A stretch of 63,731 nt of DNA, the filler included, from Rhabdomonas costata (Eukaryota), in the NCBI GenBank assembly GCA_019059605.1. It is 27 parts of 27 records of this genome, joined end to end, with 100 filler letters (N's around TTAATTAATTAA, not from the genome) between each part and the next. Parts side by side here need not be neighbours in the genome. Positions count along the whole stretch, not along the records: positions 1 to 2,264 come from JAHMHO010004411.1; positions 2,365 to 4,630 come from JAHMHO010004412.1; positions 4,731 to 6,995 come from JAHMHO010004413.1; positions 7,096 to 9,360 come from JAHMHO010004414.1; positions 9,461 to 11,725 come from JAHMHO010004415.1; 22 more parts are not named here. One strand, 5' to 3'. The notes beneath the pieces were generated by a model. The model searched no databases and had not been told where the DNA came from. It saw only the letters and a list, made by a program, of their open reading frames with translations. This document shows, piece by piece, positions 1-11,825 of the stretch (positions are counted from its first letter, which is position 1; every line of letters starts with the position of its first letter). The translations under genes were made by a program, and so were the position numbers.

Positions 1-1819
1 GGGGTTGTGTGCGTGCGGAGGGGGGGGGTGATATCATGCCCGGGAATCGCTCGCTGCACTCCGCTCCTCCCACCCACATGCCTCCCCTTGGCAGTCCCAA
101 ATGCTGAGCGTCTTCTTCAAGGAGCTTTTTGCCTCTCCTCAGGAGGTTCATTGCCGATTGAAGTGGGGTGGGGCAATGTTCTTCTGGCGGATTAAGACCT
201 AATCGTAATCGGAGGCATTCGGGCATAATTTGATATGGCCGTTAGTTAGCCTTGCCTGAATCCCCAAAAAAGGAAAAGTTGGTAGACAGGGTTGGGTACA
301 CCTTGCCATACGTTGCGTGCTCCCTGGGATTCCGGTGCAAGAAGCACTTGTGGTTAGAGGGCGATACAGACACGAGGCCGAAAGGGCTGACCCATTATTA
401 CCATTATTGATTGCAAAGGCGCCGCCGTCATATCTTTTCGCCCAAGAAGGAGAAGCCGGGGAGGGGAGGGGGTAAAACGCCAGTCTTTTTGACAAAATTA
501 ATCCGAAAATGAATCTCCCCACACTGTGAGGCAGTGTGTAATCCCCCCCAAATAAGGAATGGCAGAAGTTGTGTTCATTCATTCAGCAGTGTCATGCACA
601 CAAAGGAGGCCATTCCTTTCCTCAGCGCCTTCTCCTTTTGTGATGTTTACACTGGGAAACCCTAACACTGTCCTCAACTCCTTCAGCGATCAACAGGCAC
701 AATTCATGGGGACCACCAAAAGGCAGTTTTCGCCCCAAGGCAGCGGACGCCTGGAAGTCAGGCCCTGACATATACCGAGTGCTATGCCGAGCATGCCACT
801 GCGCACACCTCCCAAAGCGAAGCCAAAGGCACCAATGCGGTGCCAGGCTCACAGACTACACAAAAGCTGAGGAAGGCCCTCCGCTGTGAACGCGGTGGAA
901 AAGAGAGAGAGGGTTGGGGGGAAGGCGTAGGGGGAGAGCTTCAGAGCAAATTACGATCAGAGCATAGCAAACTCGAAGAATGAAAACCACATGAAAACTA
1001 CATCCACCAGCGAATCATATCGCCATGGACACGTTTATTTGACCCACCCAGGAAAGGGTCAATAATTATCGGCTTGCCAAGGTTTCCAACAGCCGTGGCT
1101 TCACTGGGAAGGAATTCCAAGACATAAAACCCAGTTGAAATGCCTCAGTTTACCTTTTGCTGCGCTTCAACCCTGGTATTTCGAGCATTCATACTGTCTG
1201 CACATGGTCGTTGCGGTCAACGAAGCATTTCTAAAAGTTTCTTGCGATCCTTACTTTGTATACGTAATTCTTCACTTGGGTGATTAGATCCGGGAGGACT
1301 ACTTTCTCCCCAAAACCTGTCTAAAGTTAGAAATCGTTCGCGTTTTGTCACAAAATCCTTGCATTACAAAATTGGGTGAAATCCCGGTGTCCACAGCGAT
1401 AGGAGGTACATCCCATGAAGAGAGGGGATTTGAATGCAGCCGGGAAGAGAAGAGAATGGCGGGGGCGAGAGCTTCACATTTTTCTTTGGCAAAGTCCAGA
1501 ACAGAAGAAGGCAGCAAATAAATGTACAGGACGAAGGAAAACACGTGAAACCCATGAATTTACAGCAGCGCCAGAAAAACACAAAGCGAATGAAGCGTGC
1601 CTGTGGGGTGACTTCCGGGGGTGGGGAGCGCTACAACTTTGGCTCTCAATGCGCCCTCCCTGCGCTTTCCGTGAAGTGGTACTTCCACGGGGGACCTGGC
1701 CGTGCACCGCGCAGCCAAGTGGTGGAGGCCATTCGTACTGCGGTGCGCTGTGGTCGAGCTTTTACGGTTGTGTGGTTTTGGTAGTGGTGGGGCTGCTTGT
1801 GGGGGGGGGCAGCGCAAAC

Positions 1820-2122
1820 CTTCAGGGACACGTCCGCACCGGCTTTCACAAGGGCTTCCGTGGTCTGCGGCATCTTGTACAATGCCGTAAGGTGGATGAG
1901 GGTGGAGCCTGTCAGCGGGTCTGCAATGGAGTTCACCTCCATTGCCTTCGAGGTCATAGTGGGCACGACCAGCACCGAGGCCGAACCGTCGTCCTGGCTC
2001 TCCAGCACGGCCACCTCGAGGGGCACCCGCCCGGCTAAGTCCTGAAGAAGCCCAGGGAAAAATAGAGAGAGTGTGTGGCGTTGGCCTTCAGCGACAGGCG
2101 CACGGCCACCGGTGTGCGCATG
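1820..2122 (-). CDS. Ankyrin-repeat protein, partial (exons ~2122-2086 and 2041-1820)
   Basis: Spliced reading ...RLSLK|DLAGRVPLEVAV...DPLTGSTLIHLTALYKMPQTTEALVKAGADVSLK matches the ankyrin consensus (G-x-T-P/L-L/I-H, L-x-x-G-A-D-V). A 44-nt GC-AG intron lies at 2085-2042 and a GT donor at 1819. Confidence 0.75.
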
Positions 2123-2264
2123 CTTACAGCATAGGGAAGGGTCGTCCCCCAACCCCCCATCCCTACCCTCTCCCTGTGGGGCTGCATGGAAGGCAATGCA
2201 GAAGAACCCCCATTCCCTCAGCTTCAGTGGCCCTTCGTGAAACACACACACCCCAAACACACAA

Positions 2265-2364
2265 NNNNNNNNNNNNNNNNNNNNNNNNNNNNNNNNNNNN
2301 NNNNNNNNTTAATTAATTAANNNNNNNNNNNNNNNNNNNNNNNNNNNNNNNNNNNNNNNNNNNN
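2265..2364. other. Artificial contig spacer (first of 26)
   Basis: 44 N + TTAATTAATTAA (stops in all six frames) + 44 N. Repeated at 4631, 6996, 9361, 11726, 14099, 16464, 18829, 21194, 23559, 25924, 28287, 30652, 33017, 35376, 37739, 40085, 42448, 44812, 47175, 49538, 51901, 54278, 56642, 59005 and 61367. Neighbouring contigs are not physically linked. Confidence 0.99.
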
Positions 2365-2998
2365 GTGTTTTGCGTTTCGGAGGGTTTGGTGTTTTTGGAT
2401 GCGTGGGGAGGTTGGGTGTCGTGGTTCGTGGTGATGTTGGTGTCAAGGGCTCTACTGTGCTGTGTGTGTCAGAGTGTGTGAGTTGGGGTGACGTTGGAGG
2501 GTGTGAGTTTCGAGGTTTCGTGTTTCAGGGTCTCAAGGTTTCATGGTTGGTGTGATGTGCGTAGGATTGACGGCTGTAGCATGGTGTGGGGTGTTGGCAT
2601 TCTGTGTGAGGGTTCTTGGGTTCACGTGTCAGGATTTCGCGTCTCAGGGTTTCGTGTTCTTGGCTTCAGGGTGTCATGGTTTGTGTCTCGAAGCGTAGTC
2701 TGGTGTTTTGTGCGTTGTCAAGCTGAGTCATGCCTTGTTTGTGTGTGGAGAGTGTGTGGGATTTACGTCTTGGGTTCATGGTTTTACGTCTCACGGTTTT
2801 ACGGTCTCAGGGTTTACGTCTCTGTCTTCGTGTCAATGTCCTACGCTTCTACAGTGCTTGTGTGTGTTACGGTGTCTTGGGGTTGAGTGCTTCTTGCGTT
2901 TCTGAGGGTCATGGTGGTTGGGGTGTCGGGATTCTGAGGCTAGGGGTGTCTTTGAGGCTAAGGTGAGGATGTAGGGGTATTCTATCGCAGATGAGCCC
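2365..2998. repeat. G/T-rich degenerate repeat tract (shared family, copy 1)
   Basis: Recurring gggtttcg / tcagggtt / gtttacgtct motifs. 2803-2940 aligns by eye with 54412-54553 (e.g. ctcagggtttacgtctc...gtgtcttggggtt...gcttcttg). Confidence 0.8.
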
Positions 2999-4078
2999 AT
3001 TTTTTTAGAACAATGGAGTTTGATGCATTCTGGGAGCGGGCTTCTTTGGTTTTCTGGCATTTCTGTTCACTTCTAGATTGCTCGAGCTAAGTCCTCTGCA
3101 CTGTTCTTCGCTCTGGCGGTGCTGATTGCAATCGGATTTTTGGTGACGCCAAGGTCGAGGACAAAGCGGGCTTGAGCAATTGGGAAACAGCTGGGAGAGG
3201 CTTTTGCGATGCAGACCTCTGCGTGCAGGAACCGAATTGGGAACAAGGTCGACGTGCAGCTCAGCTACTGAGCTGATTGAAGAGCGTGATTCGTTGGAAG
3301 GAAAGCCTTACTTGCGCTTATGGGCACATGTTCCCTTGTCCGGTTGTGCTGATGCACTGGCCATGAACAAGGGAGGTGTGATTCTCGAACTCAGCTGTTC
3401 GTACGCGTTTCCTGAGACGTGGCAGCACTGGAACTTTTTGTGAGCGAAGCGTTTCTTTCGCTTTGTTTTCATGTGCGACTGGGGGGGATAGGGCAGCGCA
3501 ACACTTTTTAGGGGTGCCATTTTTGGAGCTCTGTTCTCCGCGTGTGTTTTTTTGCTGTCCTTCATATGGGTCAGGATTCCCCCCCTCCAAAAAAAACCCA
3601 AAGCAGGTTGGGCGTCCATCTCATTTTTCAAAGCCGAAGCTCAGCGAACGACTGCTCTCTCATATTACAACATGAAAAGTCTCTTTGGCAGTCCCTTCTT
3701 CAACTTTCTTTCAGTGTTTGCGTCCTTTTTCAGTGTTTGCGTCCTTTTTTGTGGTCCATTTGACGCCTTGCGCCGAATGAGCTCTGAGGGAAGCGAAGGT
3801 GTGCCTCAGATGATGGGCGGCTGAAGTCTTTATCAGCAGTTGCATTCCCCCCCCCCCCATGTCTTTCTCTTCTAAACCCTATGTTTCTTTGGGAATTAAT
3901 GTTCCTCCCTTCGGAGTGTGGAGTGTGGTGAAGCGAACGACAAAAAACCCAAATGTCACTGGGGAAAGCAGGGCATCAGCAAGAAGGTAACCCAGGTGCA
4001 CCTCTTTCGGAGTCAGATAGCTTTTCGGCCCCCCCCCCCCCGGTTGTTCATTTGCTTGTTGGTGTTTGTTTTTGCAGC

Positions 4079-4380
4079 CGGGGAGGAAGTGGAGGAAGTA
4101 ATGGCAGAGCCGCCTGACAGTGAAGAGGCCAGTGAGGGGGGAGGCGCCCAAGGGGAACCCCCAACTGAAGACGACGAGCAAGACGCTCAGGGCGAGGATG
4201 AGTTTCTCAGACTCAGCCAGAAGGGTGAACCTTCGACTGGTACCCTGAATGAGGAGCTGGAGCATGCTGTGGAGGCTGAGCAACAGGGACTGTGCGAGCA
4301 GAGAGAGGTGCCCCAGGACGAGGGCTCTTCCCAAACTGTGAAGCCCACTGCGGCAAGAGCGGAAGGTTTGATCACTGTGC
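4079..4380 (+). CDS. Acidic low-complexity exon, unknown protein
   Basis: tttgcag acceptor followed by a GC-rich, E/D-rich open frame (EEVEEVMAEPPDSEEASEGG...). The 3' boundary is uncertain. Confidence 0.45.
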
Positions 4381-7095
4381 ACCGTGCATGGCGTCTGATT
4401 GCTCTGACGCCCTCCCGCTTCTTCGCGTGTCTTTTCTGCGCATGCGAATCATATTTTTCTTCTTGCTGAAGGTCTCTCTCTTCGTGCTCTTCGTTCTCTC
4501 CGTGCTATAACCCCCACTTAACCCACAGCCCCAGTGCATTCATCATCCCGAATCTCGCACATCCAGAACCCGACCCATCCTCCGATTTCAGAGGCGAAGC
4601 ATTCCACGAAAAGCCGACCCCCACACCACCNNNNNNNNNNNNNNNNNNNNNNNNNNNNNNNNNNNNNNNNNNNNTTAATTAATTAANNNNNNNNNNNNNN
4701 NNNNNNNNNNNNNNNNNNNNNNNNNNNNNNTTTTGGTTGGGGGAAGGGTCCTGGCCTGTCGTTTGGTGAGCCGTCACCCAACAACAACAACAACTGTGCA
4801 ATGGGACCCTTCGCGCACGCGTCTCAGGTTAGGAGCAGCTGTTCTTTCCATCATCGCTCTCCTTTCGTGTGTGTGTTTGTCTTTTGATCGCACAAGTGCA
4901 CAAATGTGAACAAACAAAATACAACTGTCCTTAGTCAAATTAGGAACGAATGCAGAAACGAGAACGCTTCCTCGGCAGGGCGTGAAACGCTTTAGGGGGT
5001 CGTGGTGGAGGGCGGCGGGTGCCAAGCTGCGGACCTTCCATGCCTTCTTTTTTTTCTTCTCGCGTCGCTGAAACGTGAGCGTATCAGAAGCTCATATGGC
5101 CGCACGCTTTCAGCAATCGTTCGCTGAAACCGCTTTTTGTGGAAACCGTGTCGTGGAACTGAACGTTTCACCCGTGGCCTTTCTTTGGGGGGGGGGGCCT
5201 TGAGCTTGGTAGCCTGCGTTTGCCAGAAAACTGCAAGCAAGGCAGGGAAACAATTCCCGGATTGAAAATGTGGATGAAAAGTGGGCCTACTGGAAGGAGG
5301 AAAGACGGAAGGGCATTTCTGGATGATCTGTGTGGAAAAAGCAAAGAAAACAAACAAAAACCCCCAATGGAAACGCCTTGCCTCTTAGGAGGGCTGGGCC
5401 AAAGCAAAGCGGATGTGGGCTGCCTCTGCGAGGTGGCTGGAGCAGTGCCGCGGTTCCACGCACTTCCACGAGCCTTCCACTGCCAATGCGGAGGGGGGCA
5501 GACCTCCCGCAGGCCTGGTCTTCCCAACCGAGACAGAGGGAGAAGCCGACGAGGCTGCGGGCCCTCGGCCGCCTGCGCGCTGGGCGACTGACGCCCAAAG
5601 GTCTCTGCAGGGTTTCCGACTTCACAACAAAAATGAAAATACCGTCACATCTCCCCCTCCCCCCTCCCGCGTGCTTCAAGACGGTGGGCACGAATGGCGG
5701 AACACTTTTGTGTTTTGTGCAGCTCAGGAATGTTGGTTTGCAGTGATTTTGTATGCTGTTGAATGGCATGCAATTGGATAGCACTGTTTTCTTGGGAGAA
5801 AAGAAAAAATGATCGCCACGTTTAATATAAGATTTATATACTGACGTTTGACGTGGGTGCGTGGGAGGAGTATGGGGAGGGAACGGGTGGGAGTTTGTTT
5901 CACGAGCGTGGGCCGCCACAACAGTTTTGTGTAATGGATGTACGTCATGTTGTCCGTGATGTTTTTTCTGGGTTCCTTCAGAGGTCCGTGAGTTTCGGCG
6001 GGTGAGCGGTGGGTTTTTCTTTCTCACACTCCGTGTGTTGTGCGCTGCAGTGTGAACCGTTTTGAAAGCCAACGTTCAGAGACAGTGGAGCAGGAGGTGG
6101 TGCCGCGGCCCGAGAAGCGCTCCAAGGAGGTCACTTCCCCTTTGCCCCATCCCTCCCTCCCCCAGAGATTTATAAGGGGTATATATCTGCGGATCCTTAT
6201 AGATGAGGGACTGATGCGTGTGTGTGTGTGTGTTTTTGGGGGGGCGTTTCCAGATGGACTTACACCAAAATTTCTCACCTAATTGGTCTTTTTGCAAATT
6301 TGCTCCTCCGCTTCTCGTTCATGGTCGACCCTTGCGCCTTTTGTCAATTCTCTTCCTCCTGCAATTGTCTGTGATTTCAGCGGTGTCCTGTTCTCTTCCG
6401 GGCCTTGGTGCTTTGTCGGTGACGCGCTTGTTTGCGCTGTTGTGCCGCTGACACCCCGTCTGTGCTGTCTGTGCGGGCATGCCTTCCGTGAAAGTTTTAG
6501 ATGTTTTGCGGTGAATCCATTTCTCACCTTTCCGAGTTTTACAACTAACAATTTGGTGGCGGGGGCGGGGACGTTGACAACTTCTCACCACAATTTCTTT
6601 CCGTTAGCTTCGCCTCGTTCAGAGCGGTGTGTGTGGTGGTGGTGGTGGTGATGGCGGGTTTTTGAAGCAGCGCTGTTATTTGCTCGGTATAGTGCCTGGT
6701 GTCCCGAAGTGCTCTTACGGTTAGCCTCTTTGGGTATTGTTGTGGGTATGTTAGGAACCGTTTTCGGAGATAGGCCAGTATGGGAATTTTGCCTTCCAGC
6801 CCCCGCTTGGAAGTGGAGAACAAGTTTGCGTTTCACGCATTTCGGACCTTTCACACTTCCTCTTCCTGTCACGAGTGGCGCGGTGCTGCGACGGCTCACT
6901 TGCCTTGTTTCTCAGGATGGGTCTGAGCAGCTGGGCTCGCTGGGGCCCACCTCCAAGCCGCAGTCCACCCCTGTGGCCGTGCCAGTGGCGCCAGANNNNN
7001 NNNNNNNNNNNNNNNNNNNNNNNNNNNNNNNNNNNNNNNTTAATTAATTAANNNNNNNNNNNNNNNNNNNNNNNNNNNNNNNNNNNNNNNNNNNN

Positions 7096-9358
7096 TGGGG
7101 TCCGTGGAGTTCACCGGGGTGTACCGCTGGAAGTCGGCGATGGGCGGGGGGTTCAGCAGAGGGTTGTTGTTGCTGTAGTCCACGTCGCTGTGGCTGAAGT
7201 ACTTCCCGTGGGAGGCACCAATAAGGGTCCCCGCAGGAGTACGGAAGAACACGAAGAGCCTCTGTTTCGGTCCCTCCAGCATGCCCTTCAAGAAGCTGCT
7301 GACAGTGTACACCGAGGTGTACACGTTGATGCGGTGTGCAGCGAGCAGGTCGGCCGTGGGGACTCCGTAGACCAAGAACAGCTCAGCCAGCCCCGTATTG
7401 GAGTTGAAGTACTAGGTTTGGGATAGAACTAGGGAGGGCCAGCAAAAGGAGCAAAAGGTGGGGCTGCAGGCTGCGGCAGACCCTCACACTTGGCGAACTA
7501 AAGATATCCTCATCTGTGCATTTTATTCCAAATTCCAAAAAGTGAACGCAAAGCAAACGCCTGAGCTCGCTATTACATCACTCTATGCACACAGTATATT
7601 GAAAGGGTGACATTAAGTTGTCGGATTTATTCAGCAAATCCAGGGGACGGGTAAAAGGAAACGAGAAAAGGGGACAACCTTAAACCTCCATACATACAAG
7701 CAACTTCAAAACCAATTCCCTTCACACCAGATCATTCTCCCATTCGAAGTGCTCCGGGCGGGAGATGTCGAGCGGACTGGTGGACAGGGGGAGGTGCTGC
7801 TCGTCCACCAGAAAGAGCCTTTGTCCCGTTTCCTGGTCCACTGCGTGGATCTTCATTACACTGCCGCTGAAGTTCTGGTAGGGCAAGCACTCCACAAGAA
7901 CAATTGTGTTCAAGAGGCGGCTGTGGACGGTAAACTGAAGCACGTCCGTCTGAACAGCCTGAGGGTAGCTGAGAGAGATATTGGCAATGACACCAATGGT
8001 AACCGTTATCCCGACCCCCCACTACCGTTGCGCCGCAAACCCCGCAACATTGCCGGATTCTTCGATGAAAACACGCGAGTTCTTATTCCAAAAAGAAAGA
8101 GCCAGAAAAATGCAGAATTATTTCATTGCATTGGTGATCTTGCAATTTCAAGAAGGGAAGATGTACTACCCTATTCGCACAAACGCAGAAAAAAAACACT
8201 GGCATAAACGGCCATCCATTTCTATCTTCCTTCATTCCGTCATTCGACCTCACACCTGAGTGAGGGTCGGAACAGCAAGCCATAGCCCAGGATTGACACG
8301 TACGGGCTGCCACGGATCACGTAGTGCATTCCTAGGGTGTGCAGGATGTTGCTGTAGTTAATCGGCACGTCTATCGGATTTAGCAGACCGCTGCCCCTCA
8401 CGCGGTAGGCCTCGATCAGGGCCAAATCCTCGGAGGGCTGGATCAGCTGCATAAACGCGCTCGCAGTGCCGCGCATGGTGGCAGTCCGAAACTCGTTGGT
8501 CACCCGCTGTTGGGTTCACAGGAGCAGCCGACAGCGCATTCGAGCATCGGTGCACCGTCCCCAGGAGCAAGCAAACAAGTAGAGATGAGGCCCATGAAAA
8601 TGCGACTGACGGCCACAGTGACTCTGTCCAAACAAGGGTTTTTACGGTTCGGCTTTTGCGTTCAGTTTCAAGTCAGCCACAGAAGCCACAAAAGCCAATG
8701 AGGTTCATCGGACCGCCTCGTTCAGCAAAGCCAGCCCGTGTCACTTCCCAAAAGTTGTTCTGTTGGAATGGGTAATGGGTCTTCTGCCGATCCCGTTCCT
8801 GCTTTTCTTTTTGCAATTACTGGTTGAAAACATGCCCTTTTTCGGTATGCATCTCAAAAGTTAGAGGCAGGTGGACGCCGAGAACAGGCAGAAAAGTAGC
8901 AAAACCATCTCCACGTAAAAACGTGGTTTAGAGTGCACTTATTTTTTTCGGGATTTTTAGGTAAAGCGGACATTATTAGGAGGTGCGTCGTTACCTGCAC
9001 GGAGTTCAGGCCCAGGGTCTTCAAACTGTTAATGCCCGCGTTGCACGCCTGCAAGGGGGAAAACAGGACAGAAATCCCAGCAATTCATTCAGCAGAAGGA
9101 GGGTAGGTAGTTGGCAGTCGAAGCCAACTCTCACCACCAGCACACAACCTTGTGTCATCATTACCATCAAGAAATCTGCCGCATCGTTTCCGATTTCTCG
9201 ATTTCTCTGATCTCGCATTCATCACCAACTCTACTCCTTGGCATGTGTGTCCTTCCTTCCTCTGTCTCCGCAACCGCATCTGTGCATCTGCATATTGCTG
9301 CACGGCAACCTGCCAGGAAACCATCCATAGGGACAGCGCGGGACCCACCGTGAACAAA
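7096..9358 (-). CDS. Membrane sensor with N-terminal TM helix and Cache-like extracellular domain, partial multi-exon
   Basis: Exons ~9358-9310 (FTVGPALSLWMVSWQ), 9048-8995, 8506-~8256, 7949-7728 and 7411-7096 have GT/AG borders; at least one exon between them is unresolved. WENDL|YFNS and LFVFFRTPAGTLIGASHG resemble dCache motifs. A C-terminal cyclase or kinase is inferred, not seen. Confidence 0.6.
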
Positions 9359-9922
9359 CCNNNNNNNNNNNNNNNNNNNNNNNNNNNNNNNNNNNNNNNN
9401 NNNNTTAATTAATTAANNNNNNNNNNNNNNNNNNNNNNNNNNNNNNNNNNNNNNNNNNNNGTGTTTTTGTAGAGTAGTGCGTGCATGTGCGTGATAACCA
9501 GTACCAGCAGTTCCCTCCAACCAGCGGTGCCCATCTTAAGCCAAAAAAATGTAAGCAGCCCAGGGTACACCATCCCTAGGACACTGAATAATCATTTACT
9601 TCGGTCACCTCTGCTTGAATCACAGGGGCGAGCATTTTCCACGTTTATTTCTTGTTTCTCACAGAATTGCCACCGTTGTAATGTCGATGTTGGGCATCAT
9701 CGTTTTCTTGTCCACAAAAAATGGCCAACCAAAAAAATAAATCACCGAAAAGATACAAGGAGTTCACAAAACCCACAGCACTTTCGCAGTAGTCGCTCTC
9801 AAGGTGCGACCTCGGCCAAGGAAACCATGAAAACAAGGAAAAAGTGTCAGGCAAACGTGTCTCCAACTGTAGCGCCCCCACTTATTTTGATCATGCAGGT
9901 GCGCGTGCACCCGTGTGCACCC

Positions 9923-11114
9923 CTAAAAGTCGAAGCAAATCCCATTCTTCTCCCAGTCCCCAAAACGGGTGGGCTCCGGTAGGGAGGCGTACCCCCCCAC
10001 CTCATTCGTTTTGGTGTTGTGAAACTTCTGCTGAGCCTCCGAAAGAGGGGCAAGGCCATTCTTCATGATATAATTCCACGCTCCCTCGGCGTCCACGTTC
10101 TGAAACGAAAAAGGTACGTCCCCACTCGACTCTATGTGTGTCAACGGATTTCCCATCAAACCACCCAATAAAAAAGTTGCACCTGCTTTGGCTTCGACTT
10201 CAGAGCGCCCTGCACAAATAAAAAAACCGGGGTGCAATACACTGTGGCAGAAGAAAGGCGGCCCCAGTATGGCCGCCGGTCGAAATGGCCGTGACTAATT
10301 ACAACTCTGGAAGACTTCCCATTCAACAATTTGGGTCCTTCACGACGCGGTCAACCCAATGACAAGGGAAACAAGAAACAGCGGCGGCAGGCACACCGTC
10401 TGTTGGTCAATAAAGTGCTTCGAGGGGTGAATCCTTGGCGGAGGAACCACTTCTGCAGACGTGCGTACATGAAGCCCCCACTTCAAAACCCCGCTCCAAA
10501 AGCATACCCCGCCATACAGAACGCAGCAGCCCCCATCCACCACCAAAACTCACTTGCTCTACGGGTCCAGTGATGCCTCATTCCCCTTAAAGGACTACAA
10601 GTACTTCAAAGCCACCGCTCATTCCAACGGCGAAGGAGCATGAAGAGGGCAAGGAAAATGGAATGCACAACCAACGATGGTCATACTTTTCATTTCTTCG
10701 TACGAATTTGCTGCCTTGGAGACAAATATGACGTTGCCCTCGGCCCCAACGCAAAGCCTGTGCCCACATCACCCATGACAAACACATTTTGAAGCAGTTT
10801 GTTGGACGCATTTCACAAGATGCGCAAGTGTGGGTACATCCCTATCGTAATTTCATGGGCAGAAGCTCCTCTTGAATGCATAATCCACTTACTGAGGAAT
10901 GCCAGAACAATAATTCCACCTCGAGAACTTTACCTTATCTCCCACCCTTGCCAGTTCGATTGGTTATCGAAACTAACAGGAGATCAGAAATGGCATGGCT
11001 TTCGATCTGAAAAATAAGATTCCTATTCAATTTTACTAGCGCAAAAATGAACAATCCAACATTCCAGACACACCTGAGGCTGCGGCGCATCAGGAAGACG
11101 GCGCAGCGATTCAT
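9923..11114 (-). CDS. SDHAF4: Succinate dehydrogenase assembly factor 4 (DUF1674), multi-exon
   Basis: The last exon (~10099-9923) ends EVGGYASLPEPTRFGDWEKNGICFDF*, the SDHAF4/Sdh8 signature (PEPTR[YF]GDWE..G.C.DF). Probable exon 1 at 11114-11074 encodes an Arg-rich presequence-like MNRCAVFLMRRSLR. Middle exons are uncertain. Confidence 0.85.
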
Positions 11115-11488
11115 TTTCACAGAAAGACGCCCAGAAAAGGAATTCAATTGAAATATAAGAGCCGCTCTACAAAAGGATACGGCGGCGCTACAGAACTCCC
11201 GAACGTCTCGAACGCAGAGTGGAAGAGTGTATCGCACCGCTGAGCAAACTTTAATTGAGCCCACCTCAAAATCACATGGGGTGGATAAATATACCTCCCA
11301 GTTTTCCAGTTGGGACTTGGCTGGCGATTCATGGTGTGAAGCTGTTTAAAAAAGAAAAGCCATCCTTCACCCTTAATTCTTTTTCTCCTTTGTGTAAAAA
11401 CGGTGCAGAAAAAATCAATCATAACAAGATATTCGAAAACGAACACAACAACGTACAAGTGTATATGGGGTGAACAAGATCTGTGTTC

Positions 11489-11725
11489 CTAAATCTCTCG
11501 CTCGGTGAGCTGCTGCCGCCATAGACTGAAGTAAAGCCCCCTCTTTGCGAGCAGTTCCGTATGTGTGCCCTGCTCAGCCAACGTGCCACTGGGGTTGAGA
11601 ACGAAGATGACGTCAGCGTCGCGCACAGTCGTCAACCGGTGGGCAACCATGACAATCGTTCTGGGCTTCGCTGTTCCTGCTGGCCCCGCGCCGTGGTTCT
11701 GAAGGGCCTTAAGAGCGATTTTCTC
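11489..11725 (-). CDS. ABCB-type ABC transporter, C-terminal end of NBD
   Basis: Translates to ...PRTIVMVAHRLTTVRDADVIFVLNPSGTLAEQGTHTELLAKRGLYFSLWRQQLTEREI*, with the H-loop AHRL and the E.GTH.EL...G.Y motif. Confidence 0.9.
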   Translation of the reverse strand, partial: EKIALKALQNHGAGPAGTAKPRTIVMVAHRLTTVRDADVIFVLNPSGTLAEQGTHTELLAKRGLYFSLWRQQLTEREI

Positions 11726-11825
11726 NNNNNNNNNNNNNNNNNNNNNNNNNNNNNNNNNNNNNNNNNNNNTTAATTAATTAANNNNNNNNNNNNNNNNNNN
11801 NNNNNNNNNNNNNNNNNNNNNNNNN

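Noticed and set aside
9923-9925. TAG reassignment (alternative genetic code) suggested by the stop in the IQ protein
   Set aside because: SDHAF4 ends at its conserved DF with TAG, and the ABCB and MFS genes also end with TAG, so TAG is a normal stop.
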